A stretch of 64,000 nucleotides of DNA, taken from NCBI RefSeq assembly GCF_006345805.1, contig NC_042997.1, forward strand, positions 4,154,001-4,218,000, given 5' to 3'. Positions 11,700-27,656 of the stretch are shown piece after piece. Below the pieces are notes generated by a model. It made no database searches. It saw only the letters and a program-made list of their open reading frames with translations, and was not told the origin of the DNA. The stretch is from Octopus sinensis. Lineage: Eukaryota. A program made the translations under genes and the position numbers. The first letter of the stretch is position 1; the number at the start of each line of letters is the position of its first letter.

Positions 11700-12840
11700 A
11701 AAAATACTCACACTTTACATACTTTAATATAATTTTTAATATATCAAACGGTTTCGCTTTCGCTATTCAAGATCTTATGGTTTAACTATTTGCAATTTTT
11801 GTCCATGTTGTGTTGGATGATATATACGAGTGAATGACTTCACAAGTAGAAAAATAAGGGGAGGTAACTGGTTATCGTTATTATTGTTGTTGTTGTGAAA
11901 AAGAGAGATAACTGCTCAGCTTTCGGTAAGGGGAGGGGAATATACATGTACACACATACAAAAAAAAAGGTTTCAAAAACTTGTTTAGTGTGGGGATATA
12001 TGTATAATGTTGTAATCGTGAATTGAATTATGTAAAAAGATAAAAGTTGGTTATGCGTGCATATTAAGATGTGTTATGTATTTTTCAATGCAAAAAGTTT
12101 CTTTATTTAAACATTCTTGTGGAGAGATGGTGTCTTTCCAGTGGTAGCAGGGGAAGACTCTGAAATTTGGCTGAATGTAATCTCCATATTTTTCTATATG
12201 TTCATTGAGAGGAATTGGCCTGTATTGCGGGAAAAGGAGTTGTTCTTTATGTAGAGTGGTTTTCCTTCTTAAGGTCATCCTCGTTTGTCCAATAGAGTTG
12301 TGTCCGCAACCCGAGCAGATTATTGCATAAATCAGTTTCTCAGAGGCACAAGTGAATCCAGTTTTAATTGTGAATCTCTGTCCTTGTTTGAAAAGGAAAA
12401 CCATCATTCAAGTAAATTGGGGAAGGTTCCATATTTCGGGCGTCCATATTTTTTAACTGTTGGTTTCGTGGTTTTTTTGTAAGGTTTCACATTTATTTGT
12501 AGTCTCTTTAGCGATTTATATTACTTTTCGCATTCAACGAGTTTCTGCGTTTTCAGGATGTCGTTCATTTTCGATTTATAGTTAGTAAAGGAAGCTTTTG
12601 CACAATAGTGTTGAATGCCTCACTTTTTCTGGGGTTGTGCATTGATATAAATAGAAGTGATTTCAGATAAGGTCTTGTGTTACGTTTTGTTGTTCTTGGT
12701 GTTTAGATGTCTAATTTTTGGCACGACTAATTCTCTCATCTATAAGTGAGGCTGGATATTGTTTTTCAGTAAGCGTTGTTTTGAGGTCTTGAAGACGAAG
12801 GTCCGATTTGTTCTATCAGACACTATTATGCAAAACCATT
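11700..12840 (-). mobile_element. Penelope-like element 3' portion (GIY-YIG endonuclease and 3' UTR)
   Basis: ORF 12051-12407 FTCASEKLIYAIICSGCGHNSIGQT...LNKETFCIEKY is a PLE GIY-YIG domain with the typical terminal motif. Confidence 0.85.
11743..11773 (-). ncRNA. Decayed minimal hammerhead-like motif at the PLE 3' end
   Basis: Minus strand: auc UUGAAUA GC-gaaa-GC GAAA CCGUUU gau. The layout matches the 31.6-kb motif, with mutations at core position 8 and in stem III. Confidence 0.4.
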
Positions 12841-13307
12841 TTGCCAAATAGAAAGGGATATTTATTATGATATGCAAAGACACAATCTCTCCACAAGAAC
12901 GTTTGAATAAAGAATCCCATCAACTCCCAACTCCACACCCAATCAAAGAACTTGTGTTGACTATTCACTACTTTCTTTCAGCTATCATGCATTAACATTA
13001 TTTACCTTCCACACTGACTAACAAGCCCCATCCTCACCCGAAACACACTCGCATCGCATATTTATAATCAAAATGCTCCAAACATTCAGATCTGTTTGAC
13101 AACGAAAGCGATAATCTCCAGAAAAGATACCAAGGAATTTTTTTTTATTTTTAAATCTCTAATTGACTTACTAGATCTACGAACAAAAGTGCAAAATGTA
13201 TATTAGTACAATTTTTTCTTTTAAATAATAACCTAAACCGATTACAAATACCAGTGAAGTCTTTCTTTTTCTTTTTTCAAATACACATAACTGTGTTAAG
13301 GATCTCA

Positions 13308-13381
<74 letters not shown>

Positions 13382-13479
13382 TACGTGGTGTCAATTCTGT
13401 CTATTTCATATAGCACTTATTGTTCTACCTTCTAAACATATATGAAAGAACATTTCAGTGTTGTTATTTCCTATCCACT

Positions 13480-16210
13480 AAACCTATTCGCATAAACATG
13501 TTTCTCCACGTAATAATTTTGATAGTCTTCAACAACATTCTCCTTTCTATGACTCTTTGTGATTGATCTTATTGTATGTTCAATGCTGTTGTTTATAGTG
13601 CAACGCAGTCCAAACTGGCTGAAGATCATTTATTGGAGATGCATGGGTAAATCACTAGTCAGAGTAAAAGGCAAAGCAGCAAACTAATTTCCTTCGGACA
13701 CTTCGTCCGTTGACTTTGCTGATGTGTGAATTGAGAGAGATTGACATTTAGCCTGCAGCATATGCTCTGCCTTCTCTCTTATAAATAGGGCATATACTTC
13801 CCTCATTCAGTTTGCCCAGGAGCTTACCATGTGCAGAAGTTTCAGTGGTTTTACAGGGGCTCGTTTACATGACTTGCGAAAGACTATCAGAAATCCATCG
13901 GGGTTGTTGGGAATCTATCGGGGCCAGCGGCTGACTTTGTGCATATGTCAACTATTTCCAGTATTATATCTTCTTTGATGTTGATGTAATCAATTGTCAA
14001 TGCCACCTTTTCTTCTTCTGTAGTGGTAAAGAAATTTATAGGTTTGCTAGATCGTATGTGTCGTAAGTGTGGGTTGAATGTTAAGGAAATATTTTTGTTT
14101 TAGGAGTAAACCTACCTTGGAACGTATGCAGCAGTTTCCTTGGCTTATAAGTACTTTTGTATAAGGCTTTTCTTTTTGATTTTGTATTTGTCCTAATTCT
14201 CTTTCTGCTCTTTCTTTTTCATGGAAGCCACTCAGGTGTTTCAAAATCTCCAGCATTGTTGTTTCCAGGAGATAATTTTCACTGCGGTTGAGCTCTCTCT
14301 TGAGGCGGTTTGTACGCCGTTTCCTAAGAAAACTTATTTTCCCAGGGAATTGTTGCATGTGGCTTGGAATATAGACATGAATGTTTTCAATTCCATGTCG
14401 ATGTCAGATGTGGAGAGACATCGGAATCTGTTCTGTTTGGTGACCTCTTTCCTTGTTGATTTCCAATCTGATTTGTGGTAGTTAAGAATGTTTAGATTTT
14501 GGGTACGTCTCATTGTCTGATTTCCTGTGTGTTCCTTTGGTCCCTACATATGGTCAGCTCTATTATTATCTGATTCGAGACCAGTGTCCGTTTCTCTTTC
14601 ACATTATGGATAAGATACCTGCTGTTTGTGAAGAAGAGATCAAGTATAAAGTTTGCCATAGTTAGTTGGAGTATTACTCGCTATAGGTATAACATGGTGA
14701 GTTTCAGCATGGATTCCACCTGATATTACTCACATCACGTCATTTCTGTGAGGCAAAGTTATTCAGGCATCCAACATTGTGTGAGAAGTACAATGATGTG
14801 CTGTTCTAGTTTGGATAAGACTTCTACAAGGAAGTTTTCGAATAAGCCCGTAAGATTTGGCGCATCTGATGGACGATAAGGAGTATATGTGTGTGTGTGT
14901 TTTCTTTTGGGTGTAAATGCATCTTTGTGCATAGATAACTATACCGAGTTGCCTTATATGTACAATTAGTGTATCACACACTGCATTTGAGTGTAAGAAA
15001 AGAATATGGGGCGTGAAACCTTCACGGATGTCCAATGCAACTAAACCATGGCTCCTGTCTTTTCTGCCGCTTTGTAATACAACAGAATCTTATAAACGTA
15101 TGTCTGCATCTGTGATGTCGAGTTTTAGGTGCGTTTCGGTGAGCATTATGTATAAGTCAGAACTGCATGCCACAAGGTATCTCAGGAAGGTAATTTCGTT
15201 TCTTTTGTTGAGATGTAACAGTCCTATAAGTTTTATAGAGTATTATGGTGCAACATCTGTGCTGAGGTCAGAGGTGCCCAACCCCATGATCTATTGGTTT
15301 GAGGAGTCTTGTGTGTCGGTGGAGATGGATCTGACTCTGGTATTGATGTGGCAGAACAGTTGTTGGACAATCTTTTTGTGTCATGCTTAACAAATATTGT
15401 TCCACAGCAGCAACCCATACGACGGCTTCTATATGGTCTTTAGAGGTAGTGTGCGTTACATCAGCATATTTTAGTTTACATGCAGATGAGACAATGTTTC
15501 TTCCTTTGTATTTTGGTCGATTTATAAGGATGCTACTGCCATTGGTCTGCCTGTGGGATGGTTTTTGCGTGTAGGAAGCAGCTGCTTGCAACGTCATCTT
15601 TATGTCAATAGTCACCTCACAAGGTAGAATTTACACACTAGTCGGCGCCTCCTAGCTATTTGTTTCTTCGCGTATTGATTGTCTGACTTGTTTCGTTTTT
15701 CGTTGTTTTACTTCTGGCTAACATTTTATCGTTTCTTAGCTCTTACTGTAATCAACCTGTTTTCATTCGTTAGCGCTTTGTTTTTTAGCTCTTCCGTCTT
15801 AATGGTTGTTGACATTGACGGTGATAGGGCCATCAGTTCTGCTCTGGTGTCTTCTTTCTTAGCGGGTCTCTCAATTATTGTTTCATGTATGCTCCCTTGT
15901 GAATCAGCTGAGTCAGGAAGACATTTGTCATTCACATCACTGCCTCCATCCTTGTTATCAAGTTTGCCTTTCTGTACAAAGATGTTGTCAAGAATGACTA
16001 TGTGGGATTTTATGAGAACATAGGAGCCGATGAATTCTTATTTTTTCCGCTCTGTCTGAGTTGTGGTAATTATGTAGACAATCCCCTTTAGATCTGCCAT
16101 TATAATGTTATTTGGCTTGCACCTGTTCCGATCATTGCCAGGCTTCAACTCTGCAGGCATACAATTTCGAGACATCCCTCGTCTGCCGTTTTCTCCTATA
16201 TAGATTTACA
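13480..16210 (-). mobile_element. Decayed CR1/L2-group LINE (5' region, APE, RT N-terminus)
   Basis: Shares SNAVCDTLIVHIRQL and IDYINIKEDIILE...KSAAGPD with the element at 60695-63162. Also LNYHKSDW. Many stops. Confidence 0.7.
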
Positions 16211-16659
16211 GACAGATTCAGATAAGGAGACAAAGAGAAAAAAGAAAGAAATAAAGAAAGTAAAAAGAAAGGAAGAAAAAAGAAAGAAAGAAAGAGAATT
16301 GTTCGTTGTATTGCTTTAAGTGTGGACAGGTTGGAGACGCATTAATCAGGATAGGAAATAAATATTTTTAACGCGCAATATCTTACATGGTTTTATCAGC
16401 TTTAAGTGTGGACAGAGCAAATATAAGGAAAAATAGTCTACCTCGTAAAAATTTTAGATAGCTTAGCCTTATATGCATAGAATTTCTTCTGAGAGTAAAG
16501 TACTTAATTCCGATCAATATAATTATTAAACAATTATGTTTTCCTGCGGGGTGAGCAATTGTCTTTCTGTGTTTACCTGTTACAAGCAAAGATTTAACAA
16601 AGCTGCATACCATATTCATCGATTTCTCAATTTCCTGCCTTGATATATTTATTCATACA

Positions 16660-18850
<2,191 letters not shown>

Positions 18851-19059
18851 CACAGATACAAACTTACATGCTTACATACATATAAACATATATTGAAACA
18901 CTACCACACACATATCCTTCTCTACATGGATGCTTTTATACAACACCGAATACTACGTTAGAGCAGCCTTCACAGACCCTCTCATATAGGCTCTTGGTGA
19001 ATAAATGCACACAAAGAGAAAATAGAAGAAACCCATACACGCAAATAGAAAATTACATT

Positions 19060-20169
19060 TTCAAAATATCTGCCAGACCGCTCACACATGCATGTGTGCA
19101 GACGCGCACACACACGCGCACAAAATAACATGGACTTGCGCATTATCATTTCGAGCAGAGTCACGCACAAACAAAAACACGCACAAAACCACACACGTGC
19201 GTGTGGACACAAGCCAGCTAGCAACTCATGATTTTGAGTTATGCGCATGCGCAAGTTTATAAGTATACTTTTCGCTAGATAAGGGCCATGTAAAATTTGG
19301 TAATATGAAAGAGGTCTTAACTCAAAATTAAAGAAATAACAGCAGTAAAACAAACAATGAGAATGTTCATTATTTAGTTTAGTAATAGCAGGCGCTGACG
19401 TTTTGCGTGCAATGCCAACTACGCCAGCTTGTTCTTTGTAATGTTCAGTGTCATTTGCGCTGTCGTCACGTGTGGTATAGTATTTTAACTGTGTTGATGG
19501 TTTTAGATCATGGTTCAGAGAAAAGTGACGCAAGATTGAAAGCAAACATTTTCATTAGACCCGAGATCAGAGGTAAACTGAATCCGGTTTAGCTGATAGC
19601 ATGGGATTCATCTGTATTAGTTATACAAAAATTTCTTTTAAATTATGGATCTGAAAACTGTGCCGATTTAATGAAGAACATGCTAACAGCATATGAAAGA
19701 ACGGGGTGTTGAATGTCCTTTAAAAAGCACGATTATTTTTCAATGAATTTTGGTGCTATTAGTGATGAGCATTGTGAGTGGTTCCACCAAGACATATCTG
19801 ATATGGAAACGTGGTATCAAAGACGGTTCAATCCACGCATAATGTGTGACTACCACTAGTTCCTCCAACGGGAGACCAGCAAGACGCATAAGCATAAGAG
19901 CAAGTGTCTCAAAAATTTGTGAGCTGAGCATATCAAAAATAAATTGAGTATTGTCTTGACATAAATATACTATTACCATTATATTATATTATTTGCATTA
20001 ATAATTATTTACCTTGAACTTATTTATTTCTTATTCTAATATAGCATTAATATATATTTATGCGCATAACTCAAAATGCTGAGTTCAGATTCGGAATCAG
20101 CGTACTCGAATTAGTTTAGTACCCCACCATTTGTCTGGATAGCAGATATTTTTTTTGGTTTGCCCAGTG
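19060..20169 (+). mobile_element. Chapaev3-like (CMC group) DNA transposon relic
   Basis: 19550-19900 encodes a degenerate IFIxPEIR...NFGAISDEHCEWFHQDISDMETWYQ...MCDY. Right end ...CCCAGTG followed by TAA. Inverted sub-terminal motif TTTTGAGTTATGCGCAT near 19232 and 20060. The superfamily name is from recall of motif and terminus and is not verified. Confidence 0.55.
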
Positions 20170-20553
20170 TAATATATTATGTTCGAGTTCCCAAGGATGT
20201 TTTTGCTCATTATAGGAATTTCGCACTTATAGACGCCCTCGTTGTCTTATGATTTTCCCATCAACATTTTGGTGAACCAACCACTGATTCAATTGGTAAA
20301 TAGTATAGATTAAGAGTTGGGATTTCGCCAAACTATTCAGTGACATTGGCCATAATTGAGGAGCTTTCACTTCAAGTGAAACTACGTTTCTAGCATACTG
20401 TGGGGCGGTTAACTCCACTGTCAGGACATAGACATGTGCTTTGTTTCCGCGAAGGTTCTTTTCCTCTTATTTCTAGCAATGTATGTGGTACCCTACACTC
20501 TTTGTCACAATTAGTGACAATCATATATATTTTACTACTTTCTATATATACAT

Positions 20554-20604
<51 letters not shown>

Positions 20605-20905
20605 TATACTTATACGTGTGTGACATCATTTCCCCAAACAATATCATTTTACGTTTATGTACTGCTACTGCCTTCTTGTATATGGTTTTTAATATGCACA
20701 CACTTTGAAAATATACTTCAAAGAACAGTAAGATAATGAAATAAGAAAGTTGCAGAGTAGGGTCGATCGGTACAAATATCTACTTGAATCATTCCCACAT
20801 GACCGTATTACTTCTTGTATTTGAACATTTGATGTGCATTGAATGAAAGGTAATTTGTATAAAATTCATCTAGCTCTCATTCGGATATATTGACATAAGA
20901 TTCTG

Positions 20906-21040
<135 letters not shown>

Positions 21041-21181
21041 ATATAAAGAATATGTAAAATATTTTAGATATTTAAAAACAAATACGATCAATATATTTTC
21101 TATTGGGACATGCAATATACAGAGTAAAAAGAATGTTATATTGGAAGTGACTGGGACAACCACATTGATATATATATTATA

Positions 21182-21230
<49 letters not shown>

Positions 21231-21755
21231 AAGTAATTCAACAAAATATTTATTTCTGATTTCTGTAAGAATACCTTCGCTTGATTGGATATAATTATTA
21301 TTTGGACAAAATATCGTCATAATATTTTTCACACTTATTGCAAAATATACCGCTTTGTACAAAATATGCAACGTGGTTTCTATGCAAGAGGACTATCATT
21401 ATCGTTTTATAAGTTGAAATCACTCCTTCTAACCATTTCACTATTATATCTCAAAGAATAGAAATAATCATCGGAGAGAAGATGTATGTTGAACACTATG
21501 AGATTAAGAATTTCTTGTTCAGAAAGACTCAACAAAATTGTTACAAACTAATGCTATCTAATTTTATAGATAAATTGTACATAGCATTATACATTTGAAA
21601 TATATTTTCCATATGAATAGTTGACATTCTTTTCATCCGTGTAAATCAATAAAACCTAAAATCATTTTCCTGTTTCCAGTACTGTCTGTAAAATATTTGA
21701 TACACTCTATGCTGGCATATACACTGTGTTCAGTATAATTTTACTAAAAGTGAAC

Positions 21756-22132
21756 GGAGACGCAATGGCTCAGTGGTTAGTGCAGCCGGTTCGCGTTCGT
21801 AGGATCTCTTTTTCGATTCCCAGACTGGGTGTTGTGGGTGTATATTGTTTGAAAATACCTAAAGCTCCATGAGGTTCAAGCAGGGGGTGGTGACGAACCC
21901 TGTAGTACTCTTTCACCACAACTTTCTCTCACTCTTTCCTGTTTCTGCTATACATGTATTTCAAAGCGCCAGTCTTGCCACGCGCTGCATCACGCTGAAT
22001 CTCCCCAAGAACCACATTTAGGATACACATGTCTGTGGAATGCTCAGCCACTGGCACATGAATTTCATGAGCAAACTGTTCTGTTGATCGGATTAACTAG
22101 AGCACACGTCGTCGTAAGCGACGAAGTGCCAC
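21756..22132 (+). mobile_element. tRNA-derived SINE (family A)
   Basis: A-box-like TGGCTCAGTGG and B-box-like TTCGATTCCC head. Body shared with 48025-48282 and 63771-64000 (GCTGAATCTCCC..., GAATGCTCAGCCA). Confidence 0.8.
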
Positions 22133-23094
22133 TATATGTGAATGCTATAAAATAAATGCAATATCTTCCAGTGACATTAGACTTTGCTTTCCAGCTACGC
22201 AGCAGAAAATTTGCAAATCGTTCGAAGCTGCAGGTAATAATTATCAGACAAATCGTATAAGTATTCAATATCGCTACGCATGCGAGAGTATAAAAGTGTG
22301 GTTGTGTGTGTTTTGCTTGTGTTTAAAACAGAATATAACAAAGTAACCAATTCGAAGAACGCATTTCTTGGTATATATATTTTTCTCAAAATATTAAATA
22401 TATGTACATAGAATTACAAATATTGAATATCCAAGAGATGTAAAACGAACAAATTCTTTTCCTGTGCTATTCATTACGATGGACTTCTATGTTTATGAAG
22501 GAAATATCAACTTGAACACCTTGGTAAAGTTTGAACTAAGAGAATTTGCTCAGTTCGTTTAAAGATATTTGTATACATTTCGAAAACCCTTGTCATATTT
22601 GTTCCAAACCTTTTTTTTTTGTAATAATGATATTTATAACTTGTAATCTTTATAATTTTGTATTACTAAATAAGATATACTTACATCTAAATTTTCGGCT
22701 CAGTCTCAGTACTCTACAACCGCTATTCCCTCTTCGCTACTTCCGCTCAACCTGATTATCTACTTTAATTATTTGAACATATGAATGATTTGAATGTTAT
22801 TCTGCCTCTAGCCACAGGGATCTGATGAAGAAAATGAGTATGGGAACTAATATCCAAATTAAAGCATTAAAATGCACGAATCCTTTTTAATTAATAAACT
22901 TTCGCATTACACATTCAAGAAAATGCAAACATATTAATGTGTATGTAGCAATGTATGTATGTATTATGTATGTACATATATATATGTAAAAATATGTATG
23001 TATACATATACGTGTATATATATATATAATATATATATATAATAGATATATATTATATATATTCACATGTATGTATATATACATTATATATATT

Positions 23095-23580
23095 CAGGGG
23101 TTGGTCAACATAATGGCAGCACCTAGCATCAAAGCATTATAATTTTCAAATATCTATAACACCATCAAAGCTTATTTATATTTGTTTTTTGAGTTATCCT
23201 TAGTGCTGCTTCATGTAGTGTTTTGTTAGCGAAAAGAAGCATTTGAGCCACACTGCATTCTTCAAACTGTTAAACATGGAGGAAGATCTGTGATGATCTG
23301 GAGGGCTATATCTTGGGAATCCACCGGTCCAATTTTTTCCCTTTATAGCAAAATTAATAGTGAAGCCTATTTAAGCATTTTATCTGATCAAATTCATCCT
23401 ATGTTTGCGGAACTGTTGCCGGAGGGAAACGCAATCTTTCAGGATGATAATACACCGATTCACACAACTAAATTTGTTACTAAATTATCTGGCCACCGCA
23501 GTCACCAGATCTCAATATTATTGAACATCTATGTTGCATTTTGGAAAAACAAGTAATGAGTAAAATGCTATGGACGATCC
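23095..23580 (+). mobile_element. Internally deleted Tc1-like element
   Basis: CAGGGGTTGGTCAACATAATGGCA terminus at 23095. ORF 23290-23556 MIWRAISW...LLPEGNAIFQDDNTPIHT is a Tc1 DDE domain. Confidence 0.8.
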
Positions 23581-23770
23581 ATTTGTAGAAATTGTGAAAA
23601 CCTTTTTGAGGACACAACTTACAAATTTACATCAGGATAAGCTTTTGCTGGGAGAAACCCTTTTATATACTCTTCGAAGAAATTAATATATACCATCAAA
23701 TGCAATGGATATATTGAACAAATGAAACACACTTATAGATTCTGGTTAAATATTCATCGCCAACACATAC

Positions 23771-23882
23771 CTGATCCAAACGCGAACGTATTTCCACATG
23801 GTGAACATCTGAGTACTTACTGTAAAATGAATCCTCCCCAAACTCCTTGCCTTCCCATACTATGAATGTACTGACAATACTC
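23771..23882 (-). CDS. Candidate coding exon of an unidentified gene (two possible donors: exon ends at 23821 or 23771)
   Basis: Pyrimidine tract plus CAG acceptor at 23883. GTAAGT donor gives 62 nt (EYCQYIHSMGRQGVWGGFIL). GTATGT donor gives 112 nt (SIVSTFIVWEGKEFGEDSFYSKYSDVHHVEIRSRLDQ). Non-repetitive sequence. Confidence 0.35.
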
Positions 23883-24477
23883 CTGATCAAACAAGAATGA
23901 ATAAGAAAACCTCGTTTACTAAAAAATACAAGCCACTGCTGAAAGGCTATAAAGATATCTGTAATACATAATTATCTTTTTCCCACAGCTAATTGAAAAA
24001 TGTATACTTTGAATGATTCCAAAAACTCGTGTAGCAGTACGATAACTACATTATCTTATCCCAAACATTTTTAACGAAGAAGGTATATGTTTTAAGATGT
24101 TCAGTTAGAGGGAACTAGCATTAATTGACTGCATTACTCTTCGAGAGAATAATAATTATTTATGAAACTTGTAAGTAAACAATTATCGTTTACCGATTCA
24201 ATAGAGAAAATCTCAGTTGTGACAATCTCGATCGACTATCTAAGGAACGTAATATATGAACGTCCACTAAACAACATGTAAGTTAAGGAATAGCAACATG
24301 ATCTCCCTTCCTACTTACAAAATATTCATAACAACGGCTATTATTGTGACACAACATCAAACACTGCACAAATTTGAAAATCTAATGTCATATTATTCAG
24401 GTGTATTCCTATGTTCCTCTATACTCATTTTGTGATGTATTTTCAATATGTTTTTTCTTAACTTGCATTTATTAGTG

Positions 24478-24558
<81 letters not shown>

Positions 24559-25397
24559 GAGGGAGAGAGAGAGAGATTTAATGCAAGAACAATGAAATAT
24601 GTATGACAGGGCAAACAATATAAATTAAGGCTGCAGGATTGAATGAATTACGGTAGCTACTTAAAATTTGTTGTATAGTTGTTGACCTACCTCATGTTAT
24701 GGATAGTAGTATAAACAATAGTATCTGAGGTTTTTAGATTTGTATAAAATATGTAATTGATAATGCTTAGTTATTACTGTACACATATGTATTTTCCTTT
24801 TTTTCTGCTGCATGTTATACATATATTATATGCAGTAATTATATGCAGTACAGTCATTAGTGTGTTTCTGGTTATACTATTTTCCATGAACCTAACAATG
24901 CTCATGGTGAAAGAAAATCTTGGTATTTTATGATCCATGTCTTAATTTTTCAGATATTCCATTTGAAAGACCAATATATGCAAGCGCAACACGTGATACA
25001 TTTTTCGTATATGTGTATATTCTTTCATGTCCTCATCTGCTTTCAAATTGTTTAGCTAAAGCTAAAATTTCTCAATAAATATATGTTTTAGTGGAGTACG
25101 AAATTGTAGTTGAGCAGCTGGCACATAAAAGAAGAGGAAACTTTTAGTGTCTACCATTGCTACAATGTTAACCAACGTTATTATCAGTATTATATTTAGA
25201 ATCCACTAACAGCTCTTTTGCTAAAATTTGAGTCATAAAACAAACATAATGCAACTACTTCACTTAACCTAGATCTGCAATGAATAGTAAGACGAGGCAT
25301 TTTAATTTTATCGTCTAAGAACTTAGAAAGTATACAGCCGAAACAAATTCGTCCACATCTTTAACAATTGTCTAAGTACATTGTCATTGACACATAC

Positions 25398-25478
25398 TTT
25401 GTTCAATTCACTGAGAAATGATGAAAAGAAACCTTCATCTCCACGAGATTTGAAGTTAGATTTTCTTTCTTCTATTTC
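25398..25478 (-). CDS. Candidate 81-nt phase 0-0 coding exon (EIEERKSNFKSRGDEGFFSSFLSELNK)
   Basis: CCTTTTAG acceptor, GTATGT donor, open frame, non-repetitive context. No homology recognised. Confidence 0.35.
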
Positions 25479-27408
25479 CTAAAAGGTATACATTTACATT
25501 TAACTTGTATATGAACACATTCTTAATTATTTCGTACAACTTGTGGCTTACTAAACAATCAAAGATACTTTCCAATTAGATACAGCTAAATACAGCTTTA
25601 AATCGAAACTGGCACTTGATAATTACAATCAAAAGTTCGTTGTACCACTTTTAAAATAAGAGTCTAAAAGAAATCTACATAGTTATCCTCTACGGATTAC
25701 TAAATTAAGTATCCACTTCGACTCAGACCAAGACAAATATAAAGAACCACACACACACATACACACACACATACATACACACACACACACACACATATAT
25801 ATATATGTGTGTGTGTGTCTACAAGTGAACATGTATATGTGTGTGTATGTGAGTGACTGTTCAAATTTCAAACACGACTTCCTGATAATCAATGGCAATA
25901 AGCCCAGAACATGATGCATTAATCCACTTCGCAGTGTAATATGACATATGTTATTATATGGTAATCTTGGTCTTCAGTCAAGTGCTACATGGTGTTTGTG
26001 CGTATGGGAATGAGTATATAGATCATAAATTTGTGGGACTCCTGAATACCACGTGGATGCTTTACGACATTTCTTCTGTTAACTATTCATGTAGCTGCTT
26101 TCGGCAAGCTTTCCACCTTCTACACTGTTCATGTCCACATTCTGTTTATTACATATTCACACCTGTCACACACGCGCTCGGGCACTCTCCTATAGACACC
26201 ATGAAATATTCTTGATAGCGACAAAGAAATACCGATGCTAGGCTTTGCTTTCAGACAACCTTCACGAAATAGCAAAACCCTAAACTACATTAAAATTCTC
26301 ATAAGAAATTGACTTCTTTCTTATCATGGGCCCAGTTCTCAGGTAAATTTATATGAGGTTTGAGAAATATATGTTTTTTGAAAGATTAGTGGTTACTGGT
26401 TTGAGTTCCTTTGCATATTTTCTATTGTATTCATATGTTCTTTGAATATTTACTTAATAATGTTGTAGTGAACAATGGTTCAGCGTTTGACTGCTATAAC
26501 GTGTCGCTTATGTGACAAGTAGGTGCTTTTTGCCAATACAATTTTACCTTTTTTGTATTATATTTCATATCATGTTGTTTAACTTGACCTTCGTTGTTCA
26601 CTTCTTTAATTTAGCGTCAGTTTCATATGTATTCAAATTGTTACAGACGATTCTAGTTTCAATCATGTTTACACTATGTTTGCTATTTTCTTTTAATGTA
26701 TTGATATTTTACTATAGACATTTACTGATAATATAAATCTTGGTAAAACGCTTTGTACCAGAGTGTAGTGTCTTAACTTAAAATAACCAACTTGTCTTTA
26801 TACCAAACCATCGAAGTTACTTATGGAATTAATAACAATAATCTATATGCATCTCAACCTTTGTTTTAGGTTTAATTATGCATTATTATACAGCTATAAT
26901 ATTTTCTTGTTAATCTTTACTTATAAGCGTGATATGTGCACCATCATTCACACATGTTTCAATAACATTTATATGTTTTACTGACATTTGTTTCATTTGA
27001 AGCTTACTACATTGGTTTCTTGCAATAATTTTTCCAGGAATGTAAACTTGGTTAAATTTACAATTCAGATTGTCGTATTCCTGTGTAACAGTAGCTCAAT
27101 TTGAACATATGTGCTTCTAGTGAATTGTGCGAAAAACATTAAACAAAATTCTAGGCTTGAATTACGCAAGCCAAGAGAAATGTAGATAAACACGAAGTAC
27201 CATTCCTATGATACGTGTTGAATATCTTTAAAATATCACCGATTCCGATATTTGTTATTTTATCTGAGGATGTATAAATAGTGTGTGACCTGCTCGTTAA
27301 CCATGGAATCACCAGAAAGCTAAAACGATGCAAATCGAATTCTGACCAGCAATGAATAATAACAAATGATAATGTGGTCGATCACGGTATATAAGTATGT
27401 ATATGTAG

Positions 27409-27410
<2 letters not shown>

Positions 27411-27440
<30 letters not shown>

Positions 27441-27495
27441 TGTATGTATGTATGTATGTATGTATGTATGTATGTATGTATGTATATGTATGTAT
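27411..27495. repeat. (TATG)n tetranucleotide microsatellite
   Basis: Long near-perfect TATG run. Confidence 0.95.
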
Positions 27496-27656
27496 GTATA
27501 CATACATATATATATATCAAAATAAGCAACAAGGATTTTGATTTTAATCACTTTATTTTGAAATTGTACGATGATACCGTACTAAATTCTGGTGTCTCAA
27601 CTTAAGTACAATATTTATCTGAATCTAAATTTATATATATATATATATATATATAT

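Noticed and set aside
21756-21830. tRNA-like sequences here and at 37030-37097, 48025-48095 and 50960-51035
   Set aside because: They have A/B boxes but continue into SINE bodies and do not form full cloverleaves; called SINE heads, not tRNA genes.
26029-26049. ICGTPEY, resembling a kinase activation segment
   Set aside because: Preceded by a stop, not followed by APE, and no other kinase motifs nearby.
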